A DNA stretch of 64,000 bases. It comes from Glaucostegus cemiculus. Its lineage: Eukaryota. The notes under the pieces were generated by a model, which saw only the letters and a program-made list of their open reading frames with translations, was not told where the DNA came from and did no database searches. Position 1 is the stretch's first letter, and each line of letters opens with the position of its first letter. This document shows positions 62,600 through 64,000 of the stretch, piece after piece. The translations under genes and the position numbers were made by a program. The stretch spans positions 22,382,001 to 22,446,000 of the forward strand of contig CDPCPM010000106.1 in the NCBI GenBank assembly GCA_976551045.1. Reading direction: 5' to 3'.

Positions 62600-64000
62600 A
62601 AACTGACAGGGTAGAGTTGACGTTCCTGAGGCATACTTTTTGCTGGCTAACTTGCAAAGTACTTCAACATAGAGTTTTAATCGGGAGATTGGAAGGCTTT
62701 TTCTCCTGTAGCACACTTCCCACAGTTAAGTCTCATATGCAAACTAAAGCAAACGCAGGAGACAAACAGTCATTAAAGAGTCAACTTTCTGAGAAGCTGC
62801 AGTTTGACCACATGGGGCTGAAATGTAATAGGGGAAGGGGAGAGTGCACAAGGTCGAATCTTCAGTGGCATTCATAATGTTGCACGATTGGCGGTGAAAA
62901 TAGGATCACAACAGATGCTATTCAGTGTTGTGTGTGACAGAGAGAGAGAGAGAGAGCACAAGAGAGAGCGACCAAAAAAGGGCGTTTCTTTGTCTGTACA
63001 GCAGGGAGACACTGAAATCGGTTGAGAGAAAAAAATGCAGTGGAAACCATTTGCCCAGAGTACTGCTTAAGATCCTGTGGCAGTTTTACAATCGAATAAA
63101 AGAAGTAAGTGTTTAAAACTCTTTTTAACCTCTACCTAAGTTCTGGAAAGTTGACAGGGCTGCTACAGGATTCTTTGTGGCTGAGAAAGCGTAACTGCAT
63201 CTAATTAGCCACAGAAGCTGACGTAGGCTATGGGATTAATCACAGCAGCTTTAGATTGCCCATGAGCCAACCAGTCGTGCTAACTTTCTTTAGACAGCAC
63301 ATGCTAAGGAAGGAGCTGCCCTGGGATTTTTGGAAAAGCTGGATAGAACGTGGAAGCTCTCAACACTCTTTTGTTCAACAGTAAAAGTTTGCCTTGCACA
63401 ACGTGACAGCTGGACACAACGTTTTCAAGGAAATTAAGTCAGTCATACCTCTTGCAGCTGGTTGTTACTGTTCATAAACCGAGGAGAAAGGATTTTTTTC
63501 CCCCAACATCTGGAGATTTAAGAAAAAAATTACCTGGATTAAAGCAGGAATAAATAAATAAGTGAACCTTGTCGGATGAGGATCTGAGCTGTTAGGCACC
63601 AGTGCATTTTAAATTGGAGTTAAACAGTGTAAACTTGTGCACCGACTGGAGTTGCAGGATTATGTCAAATATCTTCAACCTGAAAAGGATTGATTTATAA
63701 GTAATAAATGAACAATATTCTCTTTAAAGGAAAGCTCATCTGGAAACTTTTAGCCATTGTTCTGAAGTTGCACAGTTTTAAAAAATGCCATGATGTTGCT
63801 AAGAAAGGAAGCAGCTGAAGCTCCACTGATTGAAGAACTTCCTGTCTTTGAATCTGCCGGAATATCCGCCAAGAATCACTTTTCAAAAGAAAACATGTGG
63901 AATTTCAAGGACTGCCTCTCTTGCAGCAGCCGGGTATTTGGGCATTGTAGTTTGTGGTTAAAATGAAAGGAATTTACACAGAGTTGGAATACAGCAGTTG
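62600..64000 (+). promoter_or_regulatory. Candidate intragenic promoter / 5'UTR of an internal MACF1 first exon (KIAA0754-type)
   Basis: TE-free block that is richer in CpG than the AT-rich sequence upstream. Inverted CCAAT boxes (ATTGG at about 62687 and 62887), CRE half-sites TGACGT (about 62618 and 63219) and a GA repeat. The position matches the human intron that hosts KIAA0754 (recalled). Confidence 0.4.
62939..62969. repeat. (AG)n microsatellite, imperfect
   Basis: agagagagagagagagagcacaagagagagc. Confidence 0.8.

Larger units (their letters stand above)
1..64000 (+). other. MACF1: Gene body (partial, both ends outside window) of the spectraplakin microtubule-actin crosslinking factor 1
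   Basis: 22 spliceable exons translate to a plectin-repeat tail plus spectrin repeats colinear with recalled human MACF1 (e.g. [67 protein letters not shown]). The match is closer to MACF1 than to the paralogue DST. Confidence 0.93.
47199..64000 (+). other. Large MACF1 intron (more than 16.8 kb); the next rod exon (xFQKEQVDPLQ-like) was not found in the window
   Basis: No spectrin-like ORF after the donor at 47199. AT-rich with TE fragments. Confidence 0.8.

Noticed and set aside
1-64000. CRISPR array, operon, phage/defence system or intact transposase/RT gene
   Set aside because: No regularly spaced repeats and no long ORFs apart from the MACF1 exons. All TE ORFs are fragmented.

Overview
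This is eukaryotic (vertebrate) genomic DNA. The repeat families (V-SINE/HE1-like, DeuSINE-like, CR1, L2, Rex1, RTE, Penelope) suggest a cartilaginous fish (inference). The whole window lies inside one + strand gene, the spectraplakin MACF1/ACF7. It starts in the 3' end of the giant plectin-repeat (MACF1b-type) exon (1-1513). Then come 21 spectrin-repeat rod exons (8448-47198), all with GT-AG boundaries and consistent reading phase, giving about 7.18 kb or 2390 codons in the window. The window ends in an intron of more than 16.8 kb. No prokaryotic-type system, CRISPR array or structural RNA gene was found. The most notable observations are: (1) a promoter/5'UTR-like block at about 62.6-64 kb, in the intron that holds the KIAA0754 internal first exon in human; (2) degenerate minimal hammerhead-ribozyme motifs in Penelope-like elements, several with inverted arms; (3) the apparent absence of a roughly 50-codon exon of the MACF1b-specific block; and (4) one conserved and several candidate alternative exons (63-nt cassette, 24-nt microexon, stop-containing exon). 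Homology calls come from recalled human MACF1 and repeat consensus sequences, not from database searches. Repeat boundaries are approximate.
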